Assembly (NCBI RefSeq): GCF_009914755.1
Contig: NC_060929.1
Source of the DNA: the human T2T-CHM13v2.0 reference genome, Homo sapiens
Direction: 5' to 3' (one strand)
Length of the DNA: 64,000 nucleotides
The notes below the pieces were generated by a model. It ran no database searches. It saw only the letters and a list, made by a program, of their open reading frames with translations, and was not told where the DNA came from. Every line of letters begins with the position of its first letter. Positions within the stretch are counted from its first letter, which is position 1. Below, piece after piece: positions 1 to 17,898 of this stretch. Both the position numbers and the translations under genes were made by a program.

Positions 1-1002
1 CCCTTGATAAAATGGACCTAATAGATATGTACACAACTCACCACCTCAGAACAATGGAATATACCTTCTTCTCATAGCCACATGTCATGTACTTTAAAGT
101 CAACCACACAATCAGATATAAAACAATCCTCAGCAAATTAAAAAAAAAACATACAAACCACATTCTTGACTACAGTGTAATAAAAACAGAAATCAGTATT
201 AAGAAAATCATTTAAAACCATAAAATTACATTGAAATTAAACAATCTGCTCTTTATGACTTTGGGGTAAATAATGAAATTATGACAGAAATTAATAAATT
301 CTTTTAAACTAATGAGAACAAAGATAAAACATACCTGAATCTCTGGGACACAGCTAAGGTAGTGTTAACAGGGAAATTTATAGCACTACACTTCCAAGTC
401 AAAATGTTAGAAAGATGTCAAATTAACAACCTAACATCACAACTAGAGGAACTGAAGAAACAAGAGAAAACCAACTCCAAAGCTAGCAGAAGACAAGAGA
501 AAACCAAAATCAGAGTTGAACTGAAGGAAATTAATATGTGAAAAACCATACAAAAGAGCAACAAATCCAGGAATTGGTTCTTTTAAAAAATTAATAAGAT
601 AGAACACTAGCTAGACTGATAAAGAAAAAAGAGAGAAGATCTAAAAGAACACAATTAGAAATGACAAAGGAGACATTTCCACTGACCCCACAGAAATACA
701 AAAATCCCTCAGCGACTACTATTATCACCTCTATGCACACAAACTTGAAAATCTAGAAGAAATGAATAAATTCCTGAAAACATACAACCACCCAACATTG
801 AACCAGGAAGAAATTGAAATCCTAAACAGATTGAATCAGTAACAAAAAGCTTACCAACCAAAAAAGCCCAGGACCTGATGGATTCACAGCTGAATTCTAC
901 CAGATGTATGAAGAAGAGCTGGTACAATTCCTATAGAAACTATTCCAAAAAATCTGAGGAGGAAGAACTCCTTAACTCATTCTATGAGGCAAGCATCATC
1001 TT

Positions 1003-4064
<3,062 letters not shown>

Positions 4065-4930
4065 TCAGGCCAGTATGTTTGATGAACATAGATACAAAAA
4101 TTCTCAACAAATTACTAGCAAACCAAATTCAGCAGCACAAGAAAAAGCTAATCCACCATGATCAAATAGGCTTTATCCATGGGATGCAACATTAGCTCAA
4201 TATACACAAATTGATAAATGTGATTCATCACATAAACAGAAATAAAAACAAAAACCCCATGTTTATTTCAATAGATGCAGAAAAGGCTTTTGATAAAATT
4301 TAGAATCATCTCATATTAAAAAACCGTCAATAAATGAGGCTTTGAAAGAATATAATTCAAAATAATAGAGCCACCTATGACCAGCCCATGGTGAATATCA
4401 TAGTAAATGGGGAAAAGCTAGAAGCGTTCCCCTTGAAAGCCAGAACAAGACAAGGATGCTCTCTCTCACCGCTCCTATTCAACATAGTACAAGAAGTCCT
4501 GGCTAGAACAATAAGGCAAGAGAGAGAAAGAAAAGGCATACAAATAGGAAGAAAGGAAGTCAAATTATCCCTGTTTGCAGATGACATAATTTTACATCTA
4601 AAAAAACCACATAGTCTCAGCCCAAAAGCTCCTTGCTCTGATAAACAGCTTCAGCAAAGTTTTAGGATATAAAATCATCATATAAAAATTGGTAGCATTC
4701 CTAACACCAACAGCATCCAAGCTGTGAGCCAAAACAGGAAAACAATTGCATTCACAATTACCACAAAAAGAATAAAGTACTTAGAAATACAACTAACCAG
4801 GGAGGAGAAAGATCTCTACAAAGATAATTACAAAACAGTGCTCAAAAAAATCAGAGATGACACAAACAAATGGAAAAATATTCCATGCTTATGGATAAGA
4901 AGCATCAATATCAGTAAAATGGTCATACTA

Positions 4931-5219
4931 GGCCAGTGCGGTGGCTCACACCTGTAATCCTAGCACTTTTGGAGGCTGAGGCAGGCTGATCACTTGAGCT
5001 CAGGAGTTCTAGACCAGCCTGGGCAACATGATGAAACCCCATCTCTACAAAAAATTAGCCAGATGTGGTGGCACATGCCTGTAGTCCCAACTGCTCAGGA
5101 GGCTGAAGAAAGAGGATCACTTGAATCTGGGAGGTGGAGGCTGCAGTGAGCCAAGATCAAGTCACTGCACTTTAGCCTGGGTGACAGGGTGAGACCCTCT
5201 CTCAAAAATAAAATAAAAT
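4931..5219 (+). mobile_element. Alu, AluJ-type
   Basis: GGCCAGTGCGGTGGCTCAC start, CCTGGGCAACAT and GGCTGCAGTGAGC J-type motifs, (AAAAT)n tail. TSD AAAAT(G/A)GTCATACTA at 4916-4930 and 5220-5234. Confidence 0.92.
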
Positions 5220-6340
5220 AAAATAGTCATACTACCCAAAGCAATTTATAGATTAAATGCTATTCCTATCAAACTACTAATGAAGTTCCTCACAGAATTA
5301 GAAAAAACTGTTTTAAAATTCATATGGAACCAAAAAAGAGCCCAAATAACCAAAGTAATCCTGAGCAAAAATAAGAAAACAAAGCCAGAGGCACTATGTT
5401 GCTCAACTTCGAACCATACTACATAACTACAGTAACCAAAACATCATGGTACTGGTACTAAAACAGACACATAGACCAATGGAACAGAATAGAGAGCCCA
5501 GAAACAATTCTGCACACCTACAACCATCTGATCTTCAATAAAGCTGACAAAAACAAGCAATGGAGAAAGGACTCCCTATTTGATAAATGGTGCTGGGATA
5601 ACTGGCTAGCCATATGCAGAAAATTGAAAATGGACCTCTTTTTTACACCCTATACAAAAATTAACTCAGATTAAATATTTAAATGTAAACCTAAAACTAT
5701 AAAAACCCTGGCGGATAACCTAGGAGATGATATTCTGGACATAGGAATGGGCAAAGATTTCTTGATCATGACGCTAAAAGCAATTGCAACAAAATCCAAA
5801 ATTGACAAATGGAACCTAATTACACTTAAGAGCTTCTGCACAGCAAAAGAAACTATCAATAGAGTAAACAGATAACCTACAGAATGGGAGAAATTTTTTC
5901 CAAACTATGCATCCAACAAAGTCTAATATCCAGCATCTATCAGAAACTTAAACAAATTTACAAGAAAAAAACAACCCCATTAAAAAGTAGGCAATGACAT
6001 GAACAGACACTTTTCAAAAGAAGACATATACGAGGCCAACAAGAATATGAAAAAATGTTCAACATCACTAATTATTAGAGAAATGCAAATCAAAACCACG
6101 ATGAAATGCCATCTCACACCAGTCAGAATATCTATTATTAAAAAAATCAAAAAATCACAGACGCTGGCAAGGTTGCAGAGAAAAAGGTATGCTTATACAC
6201 TGCTGGTGGGTATATGAATTAGTTCAGCCATTGTAGAAGCAGTGTGGTGATTCCTCAAAGAACTTAGAACAGAATTATTTGACCCAACAATCCCATTATT
6301 GGGGATGTACCCAAAGGAATATAAATTGTTCTACTACATG

Positions 6341-6492
6341 TATTAGGTCAAGTTGAGTGATAATGTTGTTCAAGTCTTTTATATACACACTAATTTACTG
6401 TTTGTTTGTTCTTTAAATTATTAGAGAGGGGTGCTGAATTCTTTAACTATAATTGAGGATTTTTCTTTCTTCTTCTGAATTTTTGTTTCACA
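6341..6492 (-). mobile_element. Ancient L1M ORF2 endonuclease-region fragment
   Basis: Antisense L1M-like text (TTAGGTCAAGTTGAGTGATAATGTTGTTCAAGTCTT...AACTATAATTG). May belong to the same element as 10751-13040. Confidence 0.6.
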
Positions 6493-6493
6493 C

Positions 6494-6604
6494 ACCGCCC
6501 GCGTGATTCAATCAACTCTCACTGGGTCCCTCCCAGGACATGTGAGATTATGGGAACTACAGTTCAAGATAAGATTTGGGTGGGGACAATGCTAAACCAT
6601 ATCA
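6494..6604 (-). mobile_element. THE1/MST (ERVL-MaLR) LTR fragment, terminal ~110 bp only
   Basis: Reverse complement of the THE1 LTR 5' end: GGGTCCCTCCC...ATTATGGGAACTACAGTTCAAGATAAGATTTGGGTGGGGAC...AAACCATATCA. Confidence 0.85.
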
Positions 6605-9600
6605 ACTGCAATTGAGTAGGGATTGCATTAAATGTGTAGATTGCTTGGCTAGTGTGGACATTTTAACATTATTAATTCTTCCAATTTATAAATGCATATC
6701 TGTTTCCGTTTGCTTGTGTCTAGTTTTTTTCATCAGATTTTTCTAGTTTTTAGTGTACAAATCTTTCACCTCCGTGGTTAAGTTGATTCTTAAAAATTTT
6801 ATTCTTTTTGTTCCTGTGATCAATGAGATTTTTTTTTTAATTTGCTTTGTGGCTAGTTTGCTGTTAGTGAATAGAAATGCAACAGATTTTTGTGTGCTGA
6901 TTTTGTGTCCTGCAATTTTACTTTACACATAGAATGAAATATATTTATGAGCTTTGAACTCTTACAGAAAAGTCAAAGTCCTAAGTGTGGAATGCAGTCT
7001 TCCAAAATGTAAGGTTTTACTGTGAAATGTTAATTATCTTATCCTTTTTGTCTTGAGAGTTATTAAAAGTATTTAGTAATCTATTTCTCTCTCTCTCTCT
7101 TTCTCTTTTTCTTTCTCCTTTTTTTTTTTTTTTTTTTTTTTGACTATTTGCTCTGGCTAAGGACTTCTAGTACTGTATTGAATAGAAGTGGTAAAAATGG
7201 GTATCCTTACCCTGTTCCAGATCTTAGAGAAAATGCTTCAGTTCTTCACTTTTGAGTATGATGTTACCTGTGAACTTTTCATATATGGCCTTTCTTGTGT
7301 TGAAGTAAGTTTCTTCTATAACTAGTATGTTGAGAGTTTTTATTATAAAAGGGTGTTGAATTTTGTCAAATGCTTTTCCTGCATCTATTGAGATTGGTAT
7401 GTGATTTTTTTTATCTGGCATTCTGTTAATGTGGCATATCATGTTGATGGATTTACATATGTTCCTACCCTCCTTGCGTCCCAGATATAGATCTCACTTG
7501 GCTATGATGTATAATCCTTTTAATGTGCTGTTTAATTTGGTGGGCTAATATTTTCTGAAGGATTTTTGCATTGGTGTTCATCAGGGATATTGGCCTGTAG
7601 TTTTCTCTCCTTCTTGTATCTTTGTCTGGCTTTGATATCACGGTAAGGCTGGCCTCATAAAAAGAGTTTGGAAATATTATATCTCCTCTTATTTTGGAAG
7701 AGTTTAAATAGTATTAGTATTAAGTCTTCTTCAAATGTTTTATATAATTCATCTGTGAAACCATCTGGTCTTAGGCTTTTCTTTGCTGGGAAGTTTTATA
7801 TTCCTGGTTTAATGTCTTTATTTGTTATTGACTTTTTTAGGCTTTCTATTTCTTCTTAATTCAATATACCTTTGAACAATTAAACTCCCTTTTGATAAAA
7901 TAAAAAATTAAAAGGGAACTAGAAAAAGAAGAACAAACTTAAATCCAAAGTTAATGGAAGTAAGTAAATAATAAAGGTTAGAAAAAATATAACTTCCATG
8001 TACTTGTGAATTTTCCCATTTTCCTTTTGTTATTGATTTCTAGTTTCTATCATGGTTGGAAAAAGACTTATTTGTGACCTAGCATGTGATCTATCTTGGA
8101 GAATGTTCTATGTGCACTTGAGTAGAATATGTATTTTGCTGCTGTTTGGTGGAATGTTCTGTGTATGTTTGTTAGGTCCATTTGGTCTATAGTGTTGCTC
8201 AGTTCTCCTGTTTTCTTATTGATTTTCTGTCTGAATGATCTATCCATTATTGAAAGTGGAGTATTAAAATACCCTATTATTGTATTGCTGCCTCTGTCTC
8301 CCTTTACATTTGTCAATGTTTGCTTTATATATTTAAGTGATCTGATGTTGAATGCATATGTGTTTATAACTGCTATTTTTTTCTGCTATATTGACCTTTT
8401 TGTCATTATGTAATGATATTCTTTATCTCTGGTGACACTTCTCAACTTAATATCGATTTTGTCTGATATACGTATAGTCACCTATGCTCTCTTTTTGTTA
8501 CCATTTGTATCCCTTCACTTTCAGCCTATATGTGTCCTTAAATCTAAAGTTAGTCTCTTGTAGACAATATATAATTAGGTCTTTTTTTTTCTATTCAGCC
8601 ACTAAATGTTTTGATTGGTGAGTTTAATTCATTGAAATTGTAAGTAATTATAGATCTGTAAGGACTTACTATTGCCATTTTGTTAATTATTTTCTGTCTC
8701 TTTCATAGTTCTTTTTTTCCTCTCTTCCTCTCATGCTGTCATCCTTTGTGATATGATTATGTTTTAGAGTGATATGCCTTATTTCTTTTCCATATATCTA
8801 TTTTTGTATTGACTATAGTTTTTCTCTTTGTGCTTATTGTGAGATTTGTGTAAAACTTTTTATAGTTATAACAGTCTATTTTAAGTTGACAACTTAACCT
8901 TAATCACATTCAACAACTCTACCCTTTTAAACCACTTCCCCACCACACACAATTTATGTTATTGATGTCAGAATTTACTTCTTTTTATATTGTATATTCA
9001 CTGACAAATTTTTATGGTTATAGTCATTCTTTAAACATTTTTCTTTTAACTTTTCTACTAGAGTTAAAAATGATTTACACACCACCATTACAGTATTGCA
9101 TTATTCTGTATTTGTCTATACATTTACATTTTTGAGTGAAATGTATACCTTCATATGCATTTGTATTGCTGTTTAATGTTCTTTCATTTCAACTGGAACT
9201 TCTTTTAGCATTTATTGTAGGACAGGTTTAGCGGTTACAAACTCCCTCAGTTTTTGTTTGTCTGGAAAAATTTTTCTCTAGCTTTCATTTTTAAAGGACA
9301 ATTTTGCCAGTATTATAGGATTCTTAGTTGGCATTTTTTTTTCTTTCAGTACTTCAAATACATCATTCTACTCTCTCCTGGTTTGTGCAGTTTCTGCTGA
9401 GAAATTTGCTGATAGCCTTATGAAGTTTCCCTTGCATATCATGAGTTGCTCTTGCTGCTTTCAAGCTTCTCTCTTTATATTTCACTTTTGAAAATTTAAC
9501 TATAATGAGTTTCAGTAGACTTCTTTAGATTCAACATGTTAGGGATCCTTTCGGCTTCATGAAAGTGATGTTCATTTCCCTCCACAGATTTGGGATGTTT

Positions 9601-10750
9601 TCAACCATGATTTCTTTAAATAAGTCTTACTCCCCTTTCTCTTTCTCTTCTCCTTCTAATACTCCATAATGTACATATTGGTTTGCTTAGTGGTATTTCA
9701 TAAATCCCATAGGCTTTCTTCACATTTACATTCTTTTTACTTTTTCCTTCTCTGACTGGATAATTTCAAGTGGCCTGTCTTAAAGTTCATCAGTTCTTCC
9801 TTCTGCTTCATCTAGTCTGCTGTTGTAACTCTCTATTAAATTTTTCAGTAAATTCACTGGTTTTTCAGCTCCAGAATTTCTGTTTGGTTCATTTTATGGT
9901 TTTTATGTCTATGTTGAGCTTCACAATTTGTTCATGTATGGTTTTTCTGATTTCATTTCGATGTCTATGTCCCCTTGTAGCTCCCTGAGCTTCTTTAAGA
10001 TGACTATTCTAAATTTCAAGTGGTTCATAGATCTGTGTTTCTTTAGGGTCAGTTACTGGAGCTTTATTTTGTTCTTTTAGTTGTGTCATATTTCCCTGAG
10101 TCTTGTAGCTTTTTCTTGGTTGTGTATTTGAAGAAGCCATCACCTCTTCCAATCTTCACAAACTGGCTTCAGGGAAAACCCTTTCCTAGTCAGCCCGGCC
10201 AGAGATTCTGGGTGAGCTGGTTGGTAGTGTCTGTGGGCAGTCTGCCTGGTAGAGTCTGTGGGAAGATTGACCTGCCACTGGGGCCTGTGGATTAGCTGCT
10301 GAGATCTGCACACTTGTTGGGAGCCCCTCTCTCTTTCCTTTGTTCTTACTTACCCCAAGGCAATGTAGCCATGCTGATTCCTTCAGTGGTCTGGGTGAGG
10401 CATGACAGAAGCAAGCCACTTAGGTGTTGCCCCAAGAGACTGAAGAATTCAGATGCACACTTTATTATTTCTTTCCCCCATTGGAGAACTCACAGGCAGA
10501 GGGAAACTGTCTTGTTGCTACATTATGCTGGCTTAGGGAAGGATGACACAGGTAAAGTGAAACTGTTCTTACCCTTTTAAATCCATCATTTCTTGTTTTT
10601 GTGCTCAACCAGGGTGCTATAACCTCTCATTTAGGTTATGGAACTCACACACAAAAAACTATTTTCATCTATGAATGGTTGCTGAATCAATGTTTCTGTG
10701 GGAGGACAAGAACTAGGGCTCCTATTCTTCCATTTTACTAATGTCACTCC
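6605..10750 (-). mobile_element. Old L1M (L1MA/L1MB-age), 5' UTR + ORF1 + 5' half of ORF2, rearranged
   Basis: ORF 7224-7442 ([16 protein letters not shown]) and ORF 8068-8316 (GYFNTPLSIMDRS...FSKIDHMLGHK). 5' end reads GGAGTGACATTAGTAAAATGGAAGAATAGGAG on the minus strand at about 10750, similar to L1M 5' termini. Confidence 0.85.
7085..7141. repeat. (CT)n / poly(T) pyrimidine tract
   Basis: Seen directly in the sequence. Confidence 0.9.
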
Positions 10751-13040
<2,290 letters not shown>

Positions 13041-16000
13041 ACTCCCATATCGATGCTTCACATGAAATGCACTCATCCCTCCCAAAGGCAGTGACTTCAA
13101 AGTGTCATGCAATTAATGCATTTAGCTTGAACTTCACCATCTCTGGGTAGTGAACAGTTTTCTATATCATGTCTTGATATAGTTTCTCATGGTCTGACAA
13201 CTTAGAATCTAAAATAAAAGCTTTACTTCTTTTTGGCCTGATGAGAATAGAGGCATAGCAACAGAATTTGGCCTTAAGAAAACTAAAGAATGTTTAGACA
13301 AGTTTCCATGGGACTATCCCAAGGAATTAATATAATATTAATAATGGCCCAATAGTTATTATACAACTGTCCTAGTCAACCTTAGAAAACCCTATGAGTA
13401 AAATACTATTAACTTGGAGAAAAAATGTATTTGTTCAGAACATACTTTTTGTTAGCATACAGGACTCTCCAAATTGGTGCTATATTCACATATGTTTCAA
13501 CAAAAAATATAACTTTAATTTCCAAATTAGTCTTTCAATGGAGCTTGGTTCTTAAAGGACCATTATTTAATTCAAGCTGTTCCACCATGTAATTTATTGT
13601 AAATACACTTCAAGTGTCCAAAGGGAGACCACTTTTGCTTTTTGAAGAATGTAAATTGGAAATGGCACACAGCAGGTTCATAATAATTATTGTTGACTAA
13701 TGGCTTTCACCATCATTGGGTATAAATGGGTTTTATACTCTTGATTCTATGAATCACTTAAATGACCCAGAATTTGATCCAAAATATAAGTGCATTGAAA
13801 TGGCTGGCTAATGAGTGAAGCAAGTCTTAAATATACAATTACTGTGGTTTCAGGATGAGTCACATGGGTGGAATTACAGAGAAATGCACATGTTTTTTCT
13901 GTTCATTTTACACCTGATCTGGAAAGTATAATGATGCCTTTAATTGTGCCATGAATTTCAAGCCAACACCTTTTCAAATCACTCACTCTTGCTTTCAAAG
14001 TAAATTATTTAGAACTTTAAAGAGAAAAAAATCTTCAAACTCAGACAGGCTCAGTACTATGGATTGGGAGAGAGTTAAGATGCCATCTCTACACAATATG
14101 CCATCCATACTAATATAGCAAAGTTGGAAGATATGAAGGGAACTTAAGAAAATCTGAAACCTTGTGAAACTAATTAGAAGTAAAATTTATTGAATTTAAA
14201 TTCCAGGTCCACATGTTTGTATAATATGATCACTGCTCACATTTATTTACTTAATATTGAAACTAAACTAACATTGTTAAGTTGCGGCTGTTTAGATTTT
14301 GATAAATGACAAACAGAATTTTCTTCTTACAAACAGTGCAAGAGATCAGATCCATACTTTAGCGGAAAAAAAAAGGGAGATTGAGAGAGACTAACAGGAA
14401 GTGGGTTTGTTCACTTTGGAATTCTATTTATAAATGGACCAAATCAGATGGACCCTAAGCCAGAGGGTGGCCACATCTTGTTTCCATAAACACACACATT
14501 CTAATCACCTTTAGACAAGATCGTTTTGGCCTTTGTTTGGCTTTATGCATAGTAAAGTGCATCAGCTATTTATATTCCTGCCAGTAGGAAATGATGGGCC
14601 ACGTTTGTGGGGCTTTTTATTTTTAACAAAAATGTTAAAGTCTATTTATCTCACACTGATCCTGCTGTCAAAAAGCTATAACTACTGGAAAGACAGAGTG
14701 TCTGAGGAGACAACTGCCTTAGATTGTCAGTGAGCCAATGACTGTGCTGCCTAAAAATATTTAAAAGTATTTTAATTCCTTTATTAAAAGCATTTATAAA
14801 AAAACATAATTTTCAAGGAAGTGTGGGTGGAATAATACAGAATATAAAATGTGCTGACTTTCCATGTTTGGGCTATTTAACTTTTGTTAAGAAAAACAAA
14901 GACAATTACTTTTTCCATTTATTCTAGGAGATAACAGACACATTTTTTAAACATCTCAGGATTGTTCCTTCTTCTAGAAATACCTCTTTTTCATACTGCA
15001 ACTTGCAGTTCAGAGGTAGCCTCCATTTTTAAATATGAGTTCATCTCCTGCCCTCAGAGCATGAGGCTTGAAAGGTTACATTACCTGCCCTAGTGCTCCC
15101 ATCTGAAACTGATAAATCAGAGTCTTCATCAGGATTTCTTAAACCTGAGAGTGAGCTTGGGTTGGCTCCCTCCAGGTGGTGAAAGTTATAAACTATACAA
15201 CATGGGTGCAGATGGTAGCCATATCTCCTGCCCTCTGTAGGAAAGTGAACTCTTTTAAGAGATATTGAAGCCAGAATATTGTGACAGGATGAACCCATAC
15301 TTTGTGTTGAGACCAACTGTGTTTTGAATGGTGTGTGATAAAATCACATTATGTCAAAATTTGGGGGCTAATATTTTACAGTTATGGTGTATCAGATTGC
15401 ATAAGTATATTTTCAAATCACTTCCACTTACTATTATTCAAACTACTATGAGTCAGTCATACAAGCATAAATGTGGAGCAGCTATAAAGGGCATTGTTCC
15501 TTTAGTTGATATTTATTGGCCAGTTATTAGTATGTCAGCTTTGCGTGAACATCAAAGATAAGCACACAGAACGGTTTCTTCATTCAATGTACTTATAATC
15601 TAATAGGAAGATAAGTAAAATAAAATTTTCACCCCAACCAAATATGCATATGTGGTTACAATTTTAGATGAATAAATGGATTTATCATAAAGACCAAAGG
15701 ATTATGACCTCTTCTCCTCCAGATAAAATAGCATTATGAGTTCACAGTATAAAACTCTCCCTTCCATTTCAAAAACATAAACAGTGTTAAGTGGAGGTGA
15801 CCTACTGGATCCACTAATTGCAGTGAGGCAGAGGCAACTGGGAAATTACAAGCAGAATATTCACCCAGGTCTGTCTTATGGTAGACTCACTGAGTCTATA
15901 CATTCACTTGGCAGTTATTTCCCCAGTTCCCAAATTCATTATCAGGATGGACATGCTTAGCAACTGTCAGAAGCCTCACATTTATTGCTTGATCTGTGAA

Positions 16001-16869
16001 GAATAGGAAAGACCAAAGTTTTTTCCTGGAAGACCCTGAAAATGTCCCCCTTCCCAGCTAAGATTGCAAATTGGAAAAAAAAAACAAAACTGCATCCTTG
16101 GTGGAATGGCAGAGATTATTGCAATTTTCAAAGACTTAAATGATACTGGGCTGGTGATTCTCATTACACCCCCATTTAATTCACTAGTATTGCTCCTACA
16201 CAGAGCAGATGACAATGGACTATCACAAACTCAATTCAGAGGTTGTATCAATCACAATTGCTGTGCCAGAAGTAGTACCTTTAACAGAACAGGTTAACAT
16301 AGCCTCTGGTACACAGTATATGACTTCTAACCCAGTGAATGTTTGTATTTTAAAATCCATCAGGATGAAACAAGACTGTAAAATTGGAGATAAGGAAGTC
16401 TAGGGGAGAGGCATGTAATCAGATCTACAAAAGTGGGTCCTAAAAAGATGAGAATCTTTGTATATCAAAATAATAATTACTAGAAAACACCTTCTTTAGA
16501 AGAAGCACAAAACAAATGTATGGAAAGAGCAAGTACAATTGGCTGATGGAAGGAATAGGTATGCTAAAGAAATAGAAGTTACACATGGGCCCAAGAGCAT
16601 GGACCTTCTTGTACCAAGCATAGTCTAGTTACTGTTGTTGAGGAATGTCCAATCTATTGGCAGCTGGGAGTAATTCATGCCTCAAGGAGACTAACACAGA
16701 ATGTCTAATTTACTGACATTGCCTCAGCTCAAGAGAGCCATTTTATAGTGAAGGAGATAGGACAAAGGACACATGATCACATGATAATAATCCATTCATG
16801 ATAATAAAGGCATTCATTAATCTAAAAATTATAATGACATTTGCATATTTGTTTGGTGAGGTTGTTTTT

Positions 16870-16975
16870 ACTTATCCTCTATTAGATTATAAGTTCCTTG
16901 AATAAAGACACTGTCCTGTGTGTTTATCTTTGATGTTCACACAAAGGCTACATACTAATAATTGGTCAATTAATA
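16870..16975 (+). mobile_element. L2 3'-end fragment
   Basis: TAGATTATAAGTTCCTTGA...ACTGTC...TCAATTAATATT, typical of an L2 3' tail. Confidence 0.5.
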
Positions 16976-17089
16976 TTAGCTAAAGTGCCAAATTAGGAAT
17001 AACACTTCATGAAACTGGAATGTTATATAAATACTAAAGGCCATTAAATGGAACTGTGTCTTCAATAGGTAGAATATAAAAGCCTGGAG

Positions 17090-17277
17090 CAGTGCTGTCC
17101 AATAGGATTTTCTGCAGTAATGGAAATATTCCTCTATACTTTCCAATATGGTAACCACTAACCACATGTGTCTATACAACACTTGCAATGTGGCTAATAT
17201 GACTGAGGAACAAAAATTTTAATTTAATTCAAAATTAAATATCATACATGACTAGTGGCTTCCATATTAGAGCATAG
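17090..17277 (+). mobile_element. MER3-like hAT-Charlie MITE
   Basis: CAGTGCTGTCCAATAG...TGGAAATATTC...CCACATGTG...CACTTGCAATGTGGCTA. Degenerate 8-bp TSD GCCTGGAG / GTCTAGAG. Confidence 0.85.
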
Positions 17278-17631
17278 GTCTAGAGGCTTTTTTTTTTCCT
17301 AGAGGGGCAATACTTCTACCATGAGCTGTAGTATTAATATCACTAAACATAAAAGTACAAATACTGACTGGTCACCTCCCCACCATTTGGGTAATTTGGG
17401 GTTGCTCATTCTGGTGAATCACAGGCAAAAAAAGGAATTACCATACTGACATGGGTAATTGATCCTGATCATCAAGAGGAGGTGAATTTTACTGTTGCAT
17501 AATGGTTCAGGGACTCCAGTTTGGGACCAAGGAGATTCACTGAGTCATCTCATTTACCTCCCATGCTCATTTTACTTATGAGTAGGAAGTTGCATCAGCA
17601 ATAGACTGACACACATGGTAACCAGGGGTTC

Positions 17632-17721
17632 CTTAGCCAGCACATCTGTCAGTCTGAGTGACTGGTCTTATAAAGTGACCTTTGAGACCAGTCATTCAGA
17701 CTGACAGATGTTCTGGCTGAG
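17632..17721. repeat. Long inverted repeat, 37-bp arms, 16-nt loop
   Basis: Arms 17632-17668 and 17685-17721 are reverse complements at 34/37 positions. Confidence 0.95.
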
Positions 17722-17898
17722 AAAGAAGAGAATCTGGACTGTGTGGTAGAGCCAGGAGATGATGATCTCAGTACACTATTGGGACCAACTGAAGTAGTAA
17801 GACTGTTTGTCCCACCAACTGTTCCTCTTATAAGAGTTTTTTTCCACAGATTCTATGTCTAACCACTGTTTTGAAGAAGCTTGTATGGTATAAAGGAA

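Larger units (their letters stand above)
15800..17895 (+). mobile_element. ERVL-class internal remnant (HERV16/ERV3-16A3-like pol: protease-RT, RNaseH/integrase and 3' end), heavily deleted, with L2 and MER3 inserts
   Basis: ORF 16064-16297 (ILGGMAEIIAIFKDLNDTGLVILITPPFNSLV) and ORF 16209-16403 (MTMDYHKLNSEVVSITIAVPEVVPLTEQVN) match ERVL RT motifs IPGGIAEI..IKDLKDAGVV..SPFNSP and MTVDYRKLN. KIGDKEV motif at about 16380. AGGCAAAAAAAGGAATTACCATACTG...ATTGATCCTGATCATCAAGAGGAG at about 17420-17480. Confidence 0.8.
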
